DNA from: a virus
Taxonomy: Duplodnaviria > Caudoviricetes
Reading direction: 5' to 3' (one strand)
IMG/VR virus record: IMGVR_UViG_3300044711_000038
Span: 1 to 39,240 of that record
Length of the DNA stretch: 39,240 bases
Positions 10,124-18,327 of the stretch are shown here, in pieces (the first letter of the stretch is position 1; each line of letters begins with the position of its first letter). The notes under the pieces were generated by a model. That model was not told the origin of the DNA, did not search any database, and worked only from the letters and a program-made list of their open reading frames with translations. The position numbers were made by a program, and so were the translations under genes.

Positions 10124-10183
10124 GTTTCTCCTATTCGCCCTTCAGGGGCATTCGGGTTATGGTTTCAGGCAGCTTCAGGCTGC

Positions 10184-11140
10184 TTACAGGCCAATGGCGA
10201 CTTTTGCCTTGGGAATCTGGAAACGGTTTTTGTCAAAGGTCTTTGCCGCGAAGACGAAACGGTACGAAACATATGTCCCGATTTCGCCAGTGGGATCAGT
10301 GGCAGAAGGACCGCCCTTGATGACGTTGACCTTAAAGCGTTCTTTCTGCGGATCGGTCACGTCCGAAGGCCCGCGCCCAGTCAGATCAACGCAGCCGAAA
10401 GACTCTTTGCCGAAAATGTAAGTGTTGTATTTCGTGTTCGGCGCAGCTACGGCATCGTTGCCAACGTTGGTTGAGGTCAGCAGGCGGCAAGAGGCGATCA
10501 TGCCGATCTCACCGTCCAAAACTTTCTGGCCCTGCTGATATTTCAAGGCGTCAATGAATCCGCCCGTGGTCGTGTCCACAACTACGTCATAGACGGCATA
10601 CGGGTGGGTGATTGCCAGCATGTTCGTGTTCTCATAGGGCAAAACGTTCTGGCCCAAGAGGGTGAACACGCGCTTTTTCAGATCATTGGCGGCAAGGTTG
10701 GTGCCGATCGTATCGGTGATCTGTGAAGTGTTGGAGTCGATTTCCAGGCGAACAATGGTGTCCACGGAGCCGGCGGCACGGATGGTCAGGTCTTCGATCA
10801 TGCCGTCTACTTCATTGGTAATCGAGGTATCCTCGATCATCGTTGAAGTGGACATGTAATCGGAGTACTGCTCAACCGTTGCCGTCAGAATCGCGGTGCC
10901 ATTGCTGAACGGGGCAGGGATAACGCCTTCCGCCGAAGGGGAAGTGTTATATGCCGGAACGTTACGCCGGAAGAACTGAATGGTTTTACCAACTCCCTGA
11001 GGTACGGGCCGCTTCGTGCCAACGGCGTAGAAGCGGAATTGAGGCGTCAGCCGCGTCAGCGCAAGCCTGTCATAGTAGACAGTTGCGAGATGCTGCTGGT
11101 TTGCAGACTGGGTAGTTGTCCCAGCAAAAGTGATTGCCAT
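10184..11140 (-). CDS. Major capsid protein (N4-gp56-like, HK97 fold)
   Basis: 318 aa; PQGVGKTIQF, EGVIP, TVEQYSDY, HPYAVYD, GEIG, TDPTGEIG motifs; follows scaffold. Confidence 0.9.
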   Translation of the reverse strand: MAITFAGTTTQSANQQHLATVYYDRLALTRLTPQFRFYAVGTKRPVPQGVGKTIQFFRRNVPAYNTSPSAEGVIPAPFSNGTAILTATVEQYSDYMSTSTMIEDTSITNEVDGMIEDLTIRAAGSVDTIVRLEIDSNTSQITDTIGTNLAANDLKKRVFTLLGQNVLPYENTNMLAITHPYAVYDVVVDTTTGGFIDALKYQQGQKVLDGEIGMIASCRLLTSTNVGNDAVAAPNTKYNTYIFGKESFGCVDLTGRGPSDVTDPQKERFKVNVIKGGPSATDPTGEIGTYVSYRFVFAAKTFDKNRFQIPKAKVAIGL

Positions 11141-11141
11141 G

Positions 11142-11290
11142 GTGTCCTCTAAGTCGAATTGTTTGAGTTAGTCGCTCGGAACGATCAGTTCTGGCAAACC
11201 GATTTGCGGCAGTTGCGCCGCGCCGTCCGACCTAGAGGATCACTCTGCGGTCTTAATTCAGTGACCTGAGCAACGGGATCGCCGTTACTT
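11142..11290 (-). promoter_or_regulatory. Structured 5' leader of capsid mRNA with RBS-sequestering helix
   Basis: Minus-strand GTGATCCTCTAGGTCGGA pairs with TTCGACTTAGAGGACAC, which contains the SD; three YGATC-loop hairpins. Confidence 0.7.
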
Positions 11291-11449
11291 AGTATCAGTA
11301 TGCACATCTGTTTCTGGATTGCAAGACCTTTCTCTTGAAAATACAACGGTTAACTCGCCCTCGATTTCAGGTTCCCAACCGTCAACGATCAGTTGGCGGT
11401 ATCTTTCCTGTCCTTCGGGCTTTCCCCAAATGCAAAATTCTTTAGCCAA
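11285..11449 (-). CDS. Small hypothetical protein (54 aa)
   Basis: TTG start overlapping scaffold end; MAKEFCIWGKPEGQERYRQLIVDGWEPEIEGELTVVFSRER...; below ORF-track cutoff. Confidence 0.45.
   Translation of the reverse strand: MAKEFCIWGKPEGQERYRQLIVDGWEPEIEGELTVVFSRERSCNPETDVHTDTK
11297..11326 (-). promoter_or_regulatory. Putative promoter for capsid gene
   Basis: TTGCAA-N16-CATACT; shares TCTTGCAATCCA with promoter at 23735-23746. Confidence 0.5.
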
Positions 11450-12218
11450 GTCCGGCCTGCTTCTTCAATTCGTCCAGCGGCATTGTCCATGCACTCTGAT
11501 CCCCGCTTCCCGGAGGCGTCGATCCAGCAGTCGGCATCACTGGAGGTCTTGGGGTCGCCGGAGTTGCCGGTTGTGGCTTGATTTTTCCCTCATATACTGC
11601 CAGAGCATAAGCCTGTTTCAGCTCGCCGGCGGAAGGGAAGCGCCCGAAGTTTTCAGGGAAGTAATCCCCAATGATCTTTGAATTCTCGGGCGTGTCCACA
11701 TAATCAGGGCAGAGCTTGTGAAAGTCCGCAATGGCGATGTTGGTCTGCATCTGCTCTGTGGTCTGGAAAACCATGCTCACGCGGGCTTTATATTCTTCCG
11801 CACTCATGCCCATGGCAGCGGCCTGCTCGGCAATAAGCCAATCCCGCGTTGCCTGTACTTGAGGATCAACTGGCGGAGGTTCTACCTTCGGAGTAACAGG
11901 CGCGGGTTGCTGTGGCTGAGATTTGAGCTGTTTGATGTAGGCATTGGCATCTGCCTTACTGCCTGCGAGCTTGGTTACAGCTTCGTCGAGGTCTTTGCCT
12001 TTATAAACCTCGCCGCCATACTCAGGCGAGAGGGTAATGGTGACGCCATTGTCATCCTTGGAAATGGTGTATTTCTCCGGCACAACTGGAGCCGGAGGCG
12101 CGGCGGGTGCTGCTGGGGTTGCGGGTGGAGTCTGAGGTTGAGGATCATTCAACCCAGCGGCCTGCTTTAAATCTGCAAGCGGCATCGCTTGAGGATCACT
12201 CTGCGGTGTCGTGCTCAT
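11442..12218 (-). CDS. Scaffolding protein
   Basis: 258 aa Pro/Gln-rich, acidic; MPLADLK and MPLDELK at the two ends; between portal and capsid. Confidence 0.8.
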   Translation of the reverse strand: MSTTPQSDPQAMPLADLKQAAGLNDPQPQTPPATPAAPAAPPAPVVPEKYTISKDDNGVTITLSPEYGGEVYKGKDLDEAVTKLAGSKADANAYIKQLKSQPQQPAPVTPKVEPPPVDPQVQATRDWLIAEQAAAMGMSAEEYKARVSMVFQTTEQMQTNIAIADFHKLCPDYVDTPENSKIIGDYFPENFGRFPSAGELKQAYALAVYEGKIKPQPATPATPRPPVMPTAGSTPPGSGDQSAWTMPLDELKKQAGLG

Positions 12219-12525
12219 TCGTTTCTCCTTTTAGGTCTTCCAAAATCTTTGCTCTGGCGTCTAATTGAGCTTCCACAATTGCGCGGATGGATTGCTGAAT
12301 CAAGAGCCTCTGCTGCCAGCGCGTTTTGAGCAGAATTACTTGATTGGCCTCTGGGCTCATATCCGAAAACAATTCCTGCTGGGCCTGGGCGACTAAAGCT
12401 TCCAGCCTGCCCATGAGGTCTTTCCATGCGGCAGATTCGGACAGGGAAAAATAGGACTGGGCAAGCGCCAGCGCCTGTATGTCATGATCTGCAACTTCAA
12501 ATTCTTCGGCTAAGGGAATGGCCAT
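12196..12525 (-). CDS. Small helical protein downstream of portal
   Basis: 109 aa; LSESAAWKDL motif in the usual post-portal slot. Confidence 0.65.
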   Translation of the reverse strand: MAIPLAEEFEVADHDIQALALAQSYFSLSESAAWKDLMGRLEALVAQAQQELFSDMSPEANQVILLKTRWQQRLLIQQSIRAIVEAQLDARAKILEDLKGETNEHDTAE

Positions 12526-14640
12526 TTAGTTCTTCTTTGCCGCCGGTAACTGTTTTGGCTCTACCTTCTTCTTCAAAAGGTCGAGCACTCCAGGCTCACC
12601 CGAATCCTTTACGATGTGCGCCACAACCTCAGGAGTCAGCAGCTTTTTGATGACATCGCCCATCAACTTGGCATCGTCGCGTGATTCTGACATTGTGGAC
12701 AGTGCCTGCATACGGCCCATCATTTGCTGCATCTTCATCATTTCAGGGGCCATCTGCTGCTGCTGCAAAGCCTGCTGCTGTTGCGGGCTCATAGGCACAA
12801 TGAACTGCCCCGAAGGAAGCCCAAGCGCATCACCAATGAGGTTTCCTACTAAATCAATGTTGATCGTCTCGCCAGTCATCTGCAACTGTGCCTGCAACCC
12901 TGCAAGCTGGTTTACGATCATCTCAAATGCTCCGGAAGCGGCAGCGCGGCGGATTCTCAACTTATCCGATGCCCGAAGTTTGAACTTCACCTGAGCATTC
13001 ATCACATCCAGAGGATCAATCGACTGTGCGCCTGCGAAGATAGGCTGATTCGGATCGCCAAACTTCTGCGCCATCAGGAAAAGCATCTTCAGGAAAGGCT
13101 CAAATGCCTGATCTTCGCAATTTTCCACGAGCGCCTGAATACGGGATGAAAACGCCGCATTTTGCGTGTTTACGCCTGTAGCTGTCCGGTTCGCGGAGTT
13201 TCCGCCGCTAGTACCCGTTCCCATGGCCGCAACATCGTTTGCTCCCGTGGTCTGTTGGCCTCTCATCTCCGCTGCATTGACTTCCACATAGGCCGCCGGC
13301 AGAACGTCGCCCATATTCATGATGGTAATGTCTTTGGTCGCGTCATCTGGCACTTCCCACTCAATACCAGGCCGTAAACGCCTCTGCGAAGCCGCGATTT
13401 TGACACCCAATTTCTTAACTACAGGCGGGTGAATCTTCAAATTCACTTCGTCTAAGCGGCCTTCGACAAGATTCTGAGTAAGTTTCTGTTCGCCTTCCAA
13501 AACATCGCATACAGAGATGGAATAAGGCCGTCCAGGGGCAGGAATGTAGTAATTGTTCACGAAAGGCTTGATTCCCAGCTCGTTTCCGTCATTGAAAGCA
13601 AGATGATCCCGGCCAATCAGCCACACATGGCGCTCATTGTTCCACCAGCGGATAACTTCGACTCTTTGCGAAGCCAAATCGGAAGAAATCTCATAAGAAC
13701 GGTTCCAGTAATTGCCGCGATTCAGCTCTCCCCATGATGCTGAGACTTCCGCCATGGTCTGTTTGTAGCGAACGACCAAATCTTTCCATTGCACATCATT
13801 CTCGGGCAGACTAAACCCGAATTCAGGCAGGCAAATCTCTTTCAGATACCCGATTGGAAGCAATTGACGGGTTGCTACTGCATTCGACTCCTGAGGATTG
13901 GGACTCGGGCAGTTCGGATCAAAGTAAAAATCGTAAACAAGAATGCTTTGCGCCTTGGGACGAGAAATTTGGTAGGTTTTTGTCCCTCTATCCACTGTCC
14001 AGTTGAATTTTCCGCTCGGTAACTGCATTTCCTGACCTGTTACCGGGTGACTGGCGCGGATCATTTCAGGAATTTGCTTGCGGGTGTAAACCTGACGCTT
14101 CATTTCCCGCATCAACCAGCCCAACTCGATAGGCCCGCACCCGTAAACGAGCGCCGAATACCAGGAACGAGAGAAAATCTCTCTCGCCGTCATACCCAAA
14201 ACATCAGGATTCATGTCTTGCAGATACGTTCTCAGGACTTCCCGCACCTTGATAGCATCCTGCATCGACGTTCCCATTTCGGGTAACGCTTCAAAGGGGT
14301 AGTCATCGGCAAAAAGCGCCTGCATCACATGAGAATGGATTGCCTGAACGTGTCTTACGGCCATCCAAATGGGAATTGAAGCCCGTGGAATCCTCGTTCC
14401 GTCCCATGTCTTCACCTTGGTCACCGCGTAATACGTATCATCGTTGCGGCGAAGTGACCTGTCGTAGTTCTGAATTCTCCAAGTCTCCGCACGATTGAAC
14501 CAATCCCGAACGTGAATCAACGCTCGCTGTGCGCTCCATGGCTGATCTGGCAGCACAACAGTACTCAACTGCTCAGTCGAGAGGGGCAGAGGTGGTTGAA
14601 TCTGAGAAGAATTGATTTGTGGAACTGTGGCGTTCGTCAT
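12526..14640 (-). CDS. Portal protein
   Basis: 704 aa; ALVYGCGP, DFYFDP, RTATGV motifs, Gln-rich C-terminus; follows TerL. Confidence 0.9.
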   Translation of the reverse strand: MTNATVPQINSSQIQPPLPLSTEQLSTVVLPDQPWSAQRALIHVRDWFNRAETWRIQNYDRSLRRNDDTYYAVTKVKTWDGTRIPRASIPIWMAVRHVQAIHSHVMQALFADDYPFEALPEMGTSMQDAIKVREVLRTYLQDMNPDVLGMTAREIFSRSWYSALVYGCGPIELGWLMREMKRQVYTRKQIPEMIRASHPVTGQEMQLPSGKFNWTVDRGTKTYQISRPKAQSILVYDFYFDPNCPSPNPQESNAVATRQLLPIGYLKEICLPEFGFSLPENDVQWKDLVVRYKQTMAEVSASWGELNRGNYWNRSYEISSDLASQRVEVIRWWNNERHVWLIGRDHLAFNDGNELGIKPFVNNYYIPAPGRPYSISVCDVLEGEQKLTQNLVEGRLDEVNLKIHPPVVKKLGVKIAASQRRLRPGIEWEVPDDATKDITIMNMGDVLPAAYVEVNAAEMRGQQTTGANDVAAMGTGTSGGNSANRTATGVNTQNAAFSSRIQALVENCEDQAFEPFLKMLFLMAQKFGDPNQPIFAGAQSIDPLDVMNAQVKFKLRASDKLRIRRAAASGAFEMIVNQLAGLQAQLQMTGETINIDLVGNLIGDALGLPSGQFIVPMSPQQQQALQQQQMAPEMMKMQQMMGRMQALSTMSESRDDAKLMGDVIKKLLTPEVVAHIVKDSGEPGVLDLLKKKVEPKQLPAAKKN

Positions 14641-16343
14641 TACCAGCCCATTACCGCCTCAGTCGTAAACTGTTCTTCCTTGTTGCCGTAAACCTCTGCC
14701 ATGAACTGCTCGAACGGGTCGCCAGATTCAACGGAGTCATCTCTCTGGGTAACCATCAATTCCCCGGCTGCCCGTCCATCACGCGAACTCATCAGATCGC
14801 AGAGCGTATCTAAAATGTCGTCATGGTTGAACTTCGGGAAGCGCATGATTTCATTGATAATCGCCGTTTTACAGGGCAGATCATCAACAAAGTGGATCAT
14901 GCCGCGCTTGAACCATGGCTGAAGTCCGCGAATCTTGTCCTGTTTGCTGCGCTGGTTATCAATGGGAATTTCCATGATTGGCAGCCAGATATTCCGCCGC
15001 GATTCTTCAGAGCGCAAGAATTTAAGTAGAACACGGGCAAAAGCATCTTTCGGCACCTTGAATGCAATGATTCGCGGATGGCGGTGATAAACATCAAACA
15101 TCCACTCGATAACAGCCTGCGGAGATGGCCTGCCGTGGAAAATCTCAGGCACATAGAGATGCCCGTCTGTTCCGAATCCGCCCAGAGTGCCGGCAGTGTA
15201 ATCGTTGTCTCTGTTCTTTGCAGCCTGCGTGCTGTCCATGCCGTTCAAATCAATTGCCACATAAAGCGAAAGGCGCGCATATAGTTCGTTCATGATCTTG
15301 CGCGCCGTCCATATAATCTCCTCTTTCGATTCAACCAACCCGGAACCCGGTGGAATCGGGTTCATCAGGTACTGAGCTGCCAAGATTGCAGGGCCGCGAT
15401 TGGGATCTTCTTCAACTTCCTTCAGCGCCTTCGGCCCAATACGCCCCGGCCAGAGAAATGGCCCTTCAGGATAATTCGGCGCAGCGCTTCGCATCACAAC
15501 TGACCAAATCTGCTTTTCCTTTGGCCTCTGACTCTCAGTTTCCCAGAGTGTGTAATTGGCGTCTGAGAAGTCATAGAACGTCCCAGCTAAATCTTCCCAG
15601 CCCTTCATTTCTCCCCTGGTCGGATGTTCGTGCTTTTCAAGCAAGGGCTCCATATCGCCTAAATGCTGGCGAACGGACGCGATACGGTCTGCGGTCTTTA
15701 CATTCTCCGCGTCAACCAAATCCTCATGCTTGATTACATCGAAATGGCGAGAAGCCAAATGTGAGCCGATGGTTAGGAATGAGAATGTGTGTTCCTTCGT
15801 CCATTTGCTTCTCGCCAAAGTGTCAAAATGTTCCTGATTTCCGAAATCGTCAGGATTTTCTAGCGGCACATGCTCAGGAAACAGATACCGAAAAGTCGCG
15901 TTCGCTGTGAAATGCTTGCGAATCTCATTCACCATTTCCTTGGCCGCGCCATCGGTATGTGTTGAAAGCAGAACCCTGATGTCCGGGTAATTTATGATCC
16001 ACTGGATTGTGTGGGCAAAGGTCTGAATCGTGGTCTTTAAGCAGCCGCGAGGAAAGAAATTGGCCCGCTTCCGTGGCCCTTCCAGGCTCCAGAAATCAGG
16101 CACGAAAGGCTTATATCCTTCCTTGATCGCCTGAACGCTTGGGAGCGCAACCTGATCCTCTTTGAGATTCGCAATCTCTTTCGATTCAACCGAATCAATG
16201 CCGCCTTTGAATTGCTGAAGGTTGGCAATCAAATCTCCGTGTACGGATTCCTGCACATCGTTGTAAGCCAAGACGCGGCACAGGTAATACAGGTTTGTCC
16301 TGCATTCCTGACGTGCTCTCTTCCATTGTTCGAGGTGATTCAT
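14640..16343 (-). CDS. terL: Terminase large subunit
   Basis: 567 aa; Walker A PRGCLKTT, Walker B-like DVIKHEDLVD, AAQYLMNP, nuclease YVAIDL and HDDILDTL. Confidence 0.93.
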   Translation of the reverse strand: MNHLEQWKRARQECRTNLYYLCRVLAYNDVQESVHGDLIANLQQFKGGIDSVESKEIANLKEDQVALPSVQAIKEGYKPFVPDFWSLEGPRKRANFFPRGCLKTTIQTFAHTIQWIINYPDIRVLLSTHTDGAAKEMVNEIRKHFTANATFRYLFPEHVPLENPDDFGNQEHFDTLARSKWTKEHTFSFLTIGSHLASRHFDVIKHEDLVDAENVKTADRIASVRQHLGDMEPLLEKHEHPTRGEMKGWEDLAGTFYDFSDANYTLWETESQRPKEKQIWSVVMRSAAPNYPEGPFLWPGRIGPKALKEVEEDPNRGPAILAAQYLMNPIPPGSGLVESKEEIIWTARKIMNELYARLSLYVAIDLNGMDSTQAAKNRDNDYTAGTLGGFGTDGHLYVPEIFHGRPSPQAVIEWMFDVYHRHPRIIAFKVPKDAFARVLLKFLRSEESRRNIWLPIMEIPIDNQRSKQDKIRGLQPWFKRGMIHFVDDLPCKTAIINEIMRFPKFNHDDILDTLCDLMSSRDGRAAGELMVTQRDDSVESGDPFEQFMAEVYGNKEEQFTTEAVMGW

Positions 16344-16808
16344 CTACCAGAGAATTGCAGTTACAGAAAACGTGTACTGCGGGGTCGTGCCGGCGGTCAC
16401 ATACTTGATGCGTAAATTTGAGCCTATTGGCCCATTTCTAACAGTTGCAGCCGCCAAGGCCGCATCTTTGAGGATATTGGCCGTGTTTGCGCCAGCTACC
16501 GCATACGTCAACCATGTTCCCGTGGCGGTCGTTACCTGAGTAAAGTGGCACAAATCATCCCAGAGAGGTGCACCTGAAGGAACCTGCCCCCAGGTATCAG
16601 TTGCGCCAGCGATGGGAATCTCCTGCTGAATATAAACATCAAGCGTTGGCGTGGTTCCGGCCTGAGCAGTGACGGACAGAATAAATATTGCCTGATTGTA
16701 GAGCGTCACATTGAGCGGCTTGGTGTCTGCTACCGTGGCTGGGCCTACTGCCGTCTGCGTAGACGGAAATAAAACCACCTTGCGCTCAGTAGGTTGGAGA
16801 ATTCCCAT
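16344..16808 (-). CDS. Putative small virion protein (beta-sandwich)
   Basis: 154 aa; VTAQAGTTPTLDVYIQ...LRIKY...GTTPQYTFSV. Confidence 0.65.
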   Translation of the reverse strand: MGILQPTERKVVLFPSTQTAVGPATVADTKPLNVTLYNQAIFILSVTAQAGTTPTLDVYIQQEIPIAGATDTWGQVPSGAPLWDDLCHFTQVTTATGTWLTYAVAGANTANILKDAALAAATVRNGPIGSNLRIKYVTAGTTPQYTFSVTAILW

Positions 16809-16953
16809 TTTGCCCTCGCTTTTTCTTTTTCAGCGCATTCATGAGATTTGGCGCTTGATAATCTACGCTGCCCATGTCTTTCTTCTTTTTCATCGCCAAT
16901 GCTATGGCGACAGACTGCTTCGGCCCTTGCGGACTGCCTTTATCGAATGACAT
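16786..16953 (-). CDS. Small basic protein, DUF6496-like
   Basis: 55 aa MSFDKGSPQGPKQSVAIALAMKKKK...; KQxVAIAL motif; below ORF-track cutoff. Confidence 0.6.
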   Translation of the reverse strand: MSFDKGSPQGPKQSVAIALAMKKKKDMGSVDYQAPNLMNALKKKKRGQNGNSPTY

Positions 16954-17176
16954 CTTTTTCCATCGCGTTTCTTAATTGATCTGCCAGAGACTGCGCCATC
17001 ATGTTCTGCGCTTGAGAGATTTCGTTTAAATCTCCGCTGCCAATTGCACCCAGGCACACGCTAATGCAAAACTCCATCGTCTTTCTGTCCAGACCTGACG
17101 GCCTTTCTACTCTCCGTAGACTCGGAAACCAAGAAAGGAAAAGAGCTTTATAGTCCATTGCGGAATTGACAAACAA
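16940..17176 (-). CDS. Hypothetical protein
   Basis: 78 aa ORF filling operon slot; start uncertain. Confidence 0.4.
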   Translation of the reverse strand: MFVNSAMDYKALFLSWFPSLRRVERPSGLDRKTMEFCISVCLGAIGSGDLNEISQAQNMMAQSLADQLRNAMEKDVIR

Positions 17177-17242
17177 ATGCAGGGAGTCGGGAAGGGGTAC
17201 ATATTGTGAATCCCCACCCGATCAGATCTAAAGTTGGTGATT

Positions 17243-17557
17243 TTATCCTGATGTGTAGTAAACAATGCCTGACACCTGAACAGCCAGCGAGGAATTCATA
17301 ATGAAAGCGTTCCCCGGAACACAGGTAAAGTACGGTTCGTCCATGTCTATCGCAATCGTCATGGATGATCCGTTGCCGGTGAATATCATGGCACCACTCA
17401 ACAGTGTTGCTGCTGATTTGAAAGTGATGTTGGTGGCACCGGCAACCGTGAACATGATGCCGTAGACGTTGATCGGCCCATTCGATGCAGCGGCGATGAC
17501 GGTATTGTCGCCAAGGCCGCTGAAATTGATGGGTGCGCTCTGAGTTCTACGCGGCAT
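17243..17557 (-). CDS. Putative small virion protein
   Basis: 104 aa beta-rich. Confidence 0.65.
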   Translation of the reverse strand: MPRRTQSAPINFSGLGDNTVIAAASNGPINVYGIMFTVAGATNITFKSAATLLSGAMIFTGNGSSMTIAIDMDEPYFTCVPGNAFIMNSSLAVQVSGIVYYTSG

Positions 17558-17560
17558 CGG

Positions 17561-17899
17561 CTACACAACTACTTGTTCGCCTTCTCCGGTAATTGTCAGC
17601 GACGTTGCGGCAGAAGCCCCGCCAACGAGAAAATCGGTTGAGGTCATCTTTAGGGCACCATACCAGTCGTAAACCGCATTAGCGGCTACGCTTTGCGCGC
17701 TGAACAGTTCAGTTCCGGCGGCATTGGCTCCAGTCGCGCCCAGCCACAGAGAAAAGGTCACAGCTCCAGCAGTCTTATTGACCACATGAATGTGGCGGAT
17801 GACATCGTAAATCAGGGCCGATCCCTGATTGTAAACGTTCGTTGTAAGCGTGCTCGAAAGAGCTACCGGGCCGAATGTGCGTTTGATTGTTCCTGCCAT
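17561..17899 (-). CDS. Putative small virion protein
   Basis: 112 aa beta-rich (IRHIHVVNKT...SLTITGEG), RBS GAGG. Confidence 0.65.
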   Translation of the reverse strand: MAGTIKRTFGPVALSSTLTTNVYNQGSALIYDVIRHIHVVNKTAGAVTFSLWLGATGANAAGTELFSAQSVAANAVYDWYGALKMTSTDFLVGGASAATSLTITGEGEQVVV

Positions 17900-17907
17900 G
17901 TTGACCT

Positions 17908-18327
17908 CTAATCTGCGGCCTTAGCCGATGCCCTTGCGGGCGGGAAAACTTTGTTGAACAAGTCCTGCAATTCCTGATTATTAAAATCGTTGGCTACTTC
18001 GTAATTACCATCACGTTGAACGCGAATTTCAAAACGCCGTCCATATTTCACAACTCTTTTCTGTACTGTTTTTTCCAAATGCATGAGATAAAGCCACGCC
18101 AGCGCAAAGGGCCAGTTCATCCATGGAAAGAGAATGAAGACCACTGTTGTCCACATAGCGGCCCAAACAGAAAAGCAGCGCGGGCACGTCCAGAGATAGA
18201 TGGGGAATTTCGCACGGAATTTCTCCATGATCCGATCCTGCGTCACCAAATCGGTGATTCTCCAGACAGCCAGCACCGCCGCCATGATGTGAGCGAACTG
18301 AATAATCATGAAATAAATTGTTCCCAT
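17908..18327 (-). CDS. DUF1360-like membrane protein
   Basis: LAVWRITDLVTQD and CPRCFSVW motifs, hydrophobic segments. Confidence 0.7.
   Translation of the reverse strand: MGTIYFMIIQFAHIMAAVLAVWRITDLVTQDRIMEKFRAKFPIYLWTCPRCFSVWAAMWTTVVFILFPWMNWPFALAWLYLMHLEKTVQKRVVKYGRRFEIRVQRDGNYEVANDFNNQELQDLFNKVFPPARASAKAAD

Noticed and set aside
14640-16343. Intein in terminase or portal
   Set aside because: Normal lengths and no Hint motifs; the only Hint domain is in the tail protein
17187-17221. Intergenic hairpin as Rho-independent terminator
   Set aside because: Bulged stem without an adjacent U-tract; function unsupported
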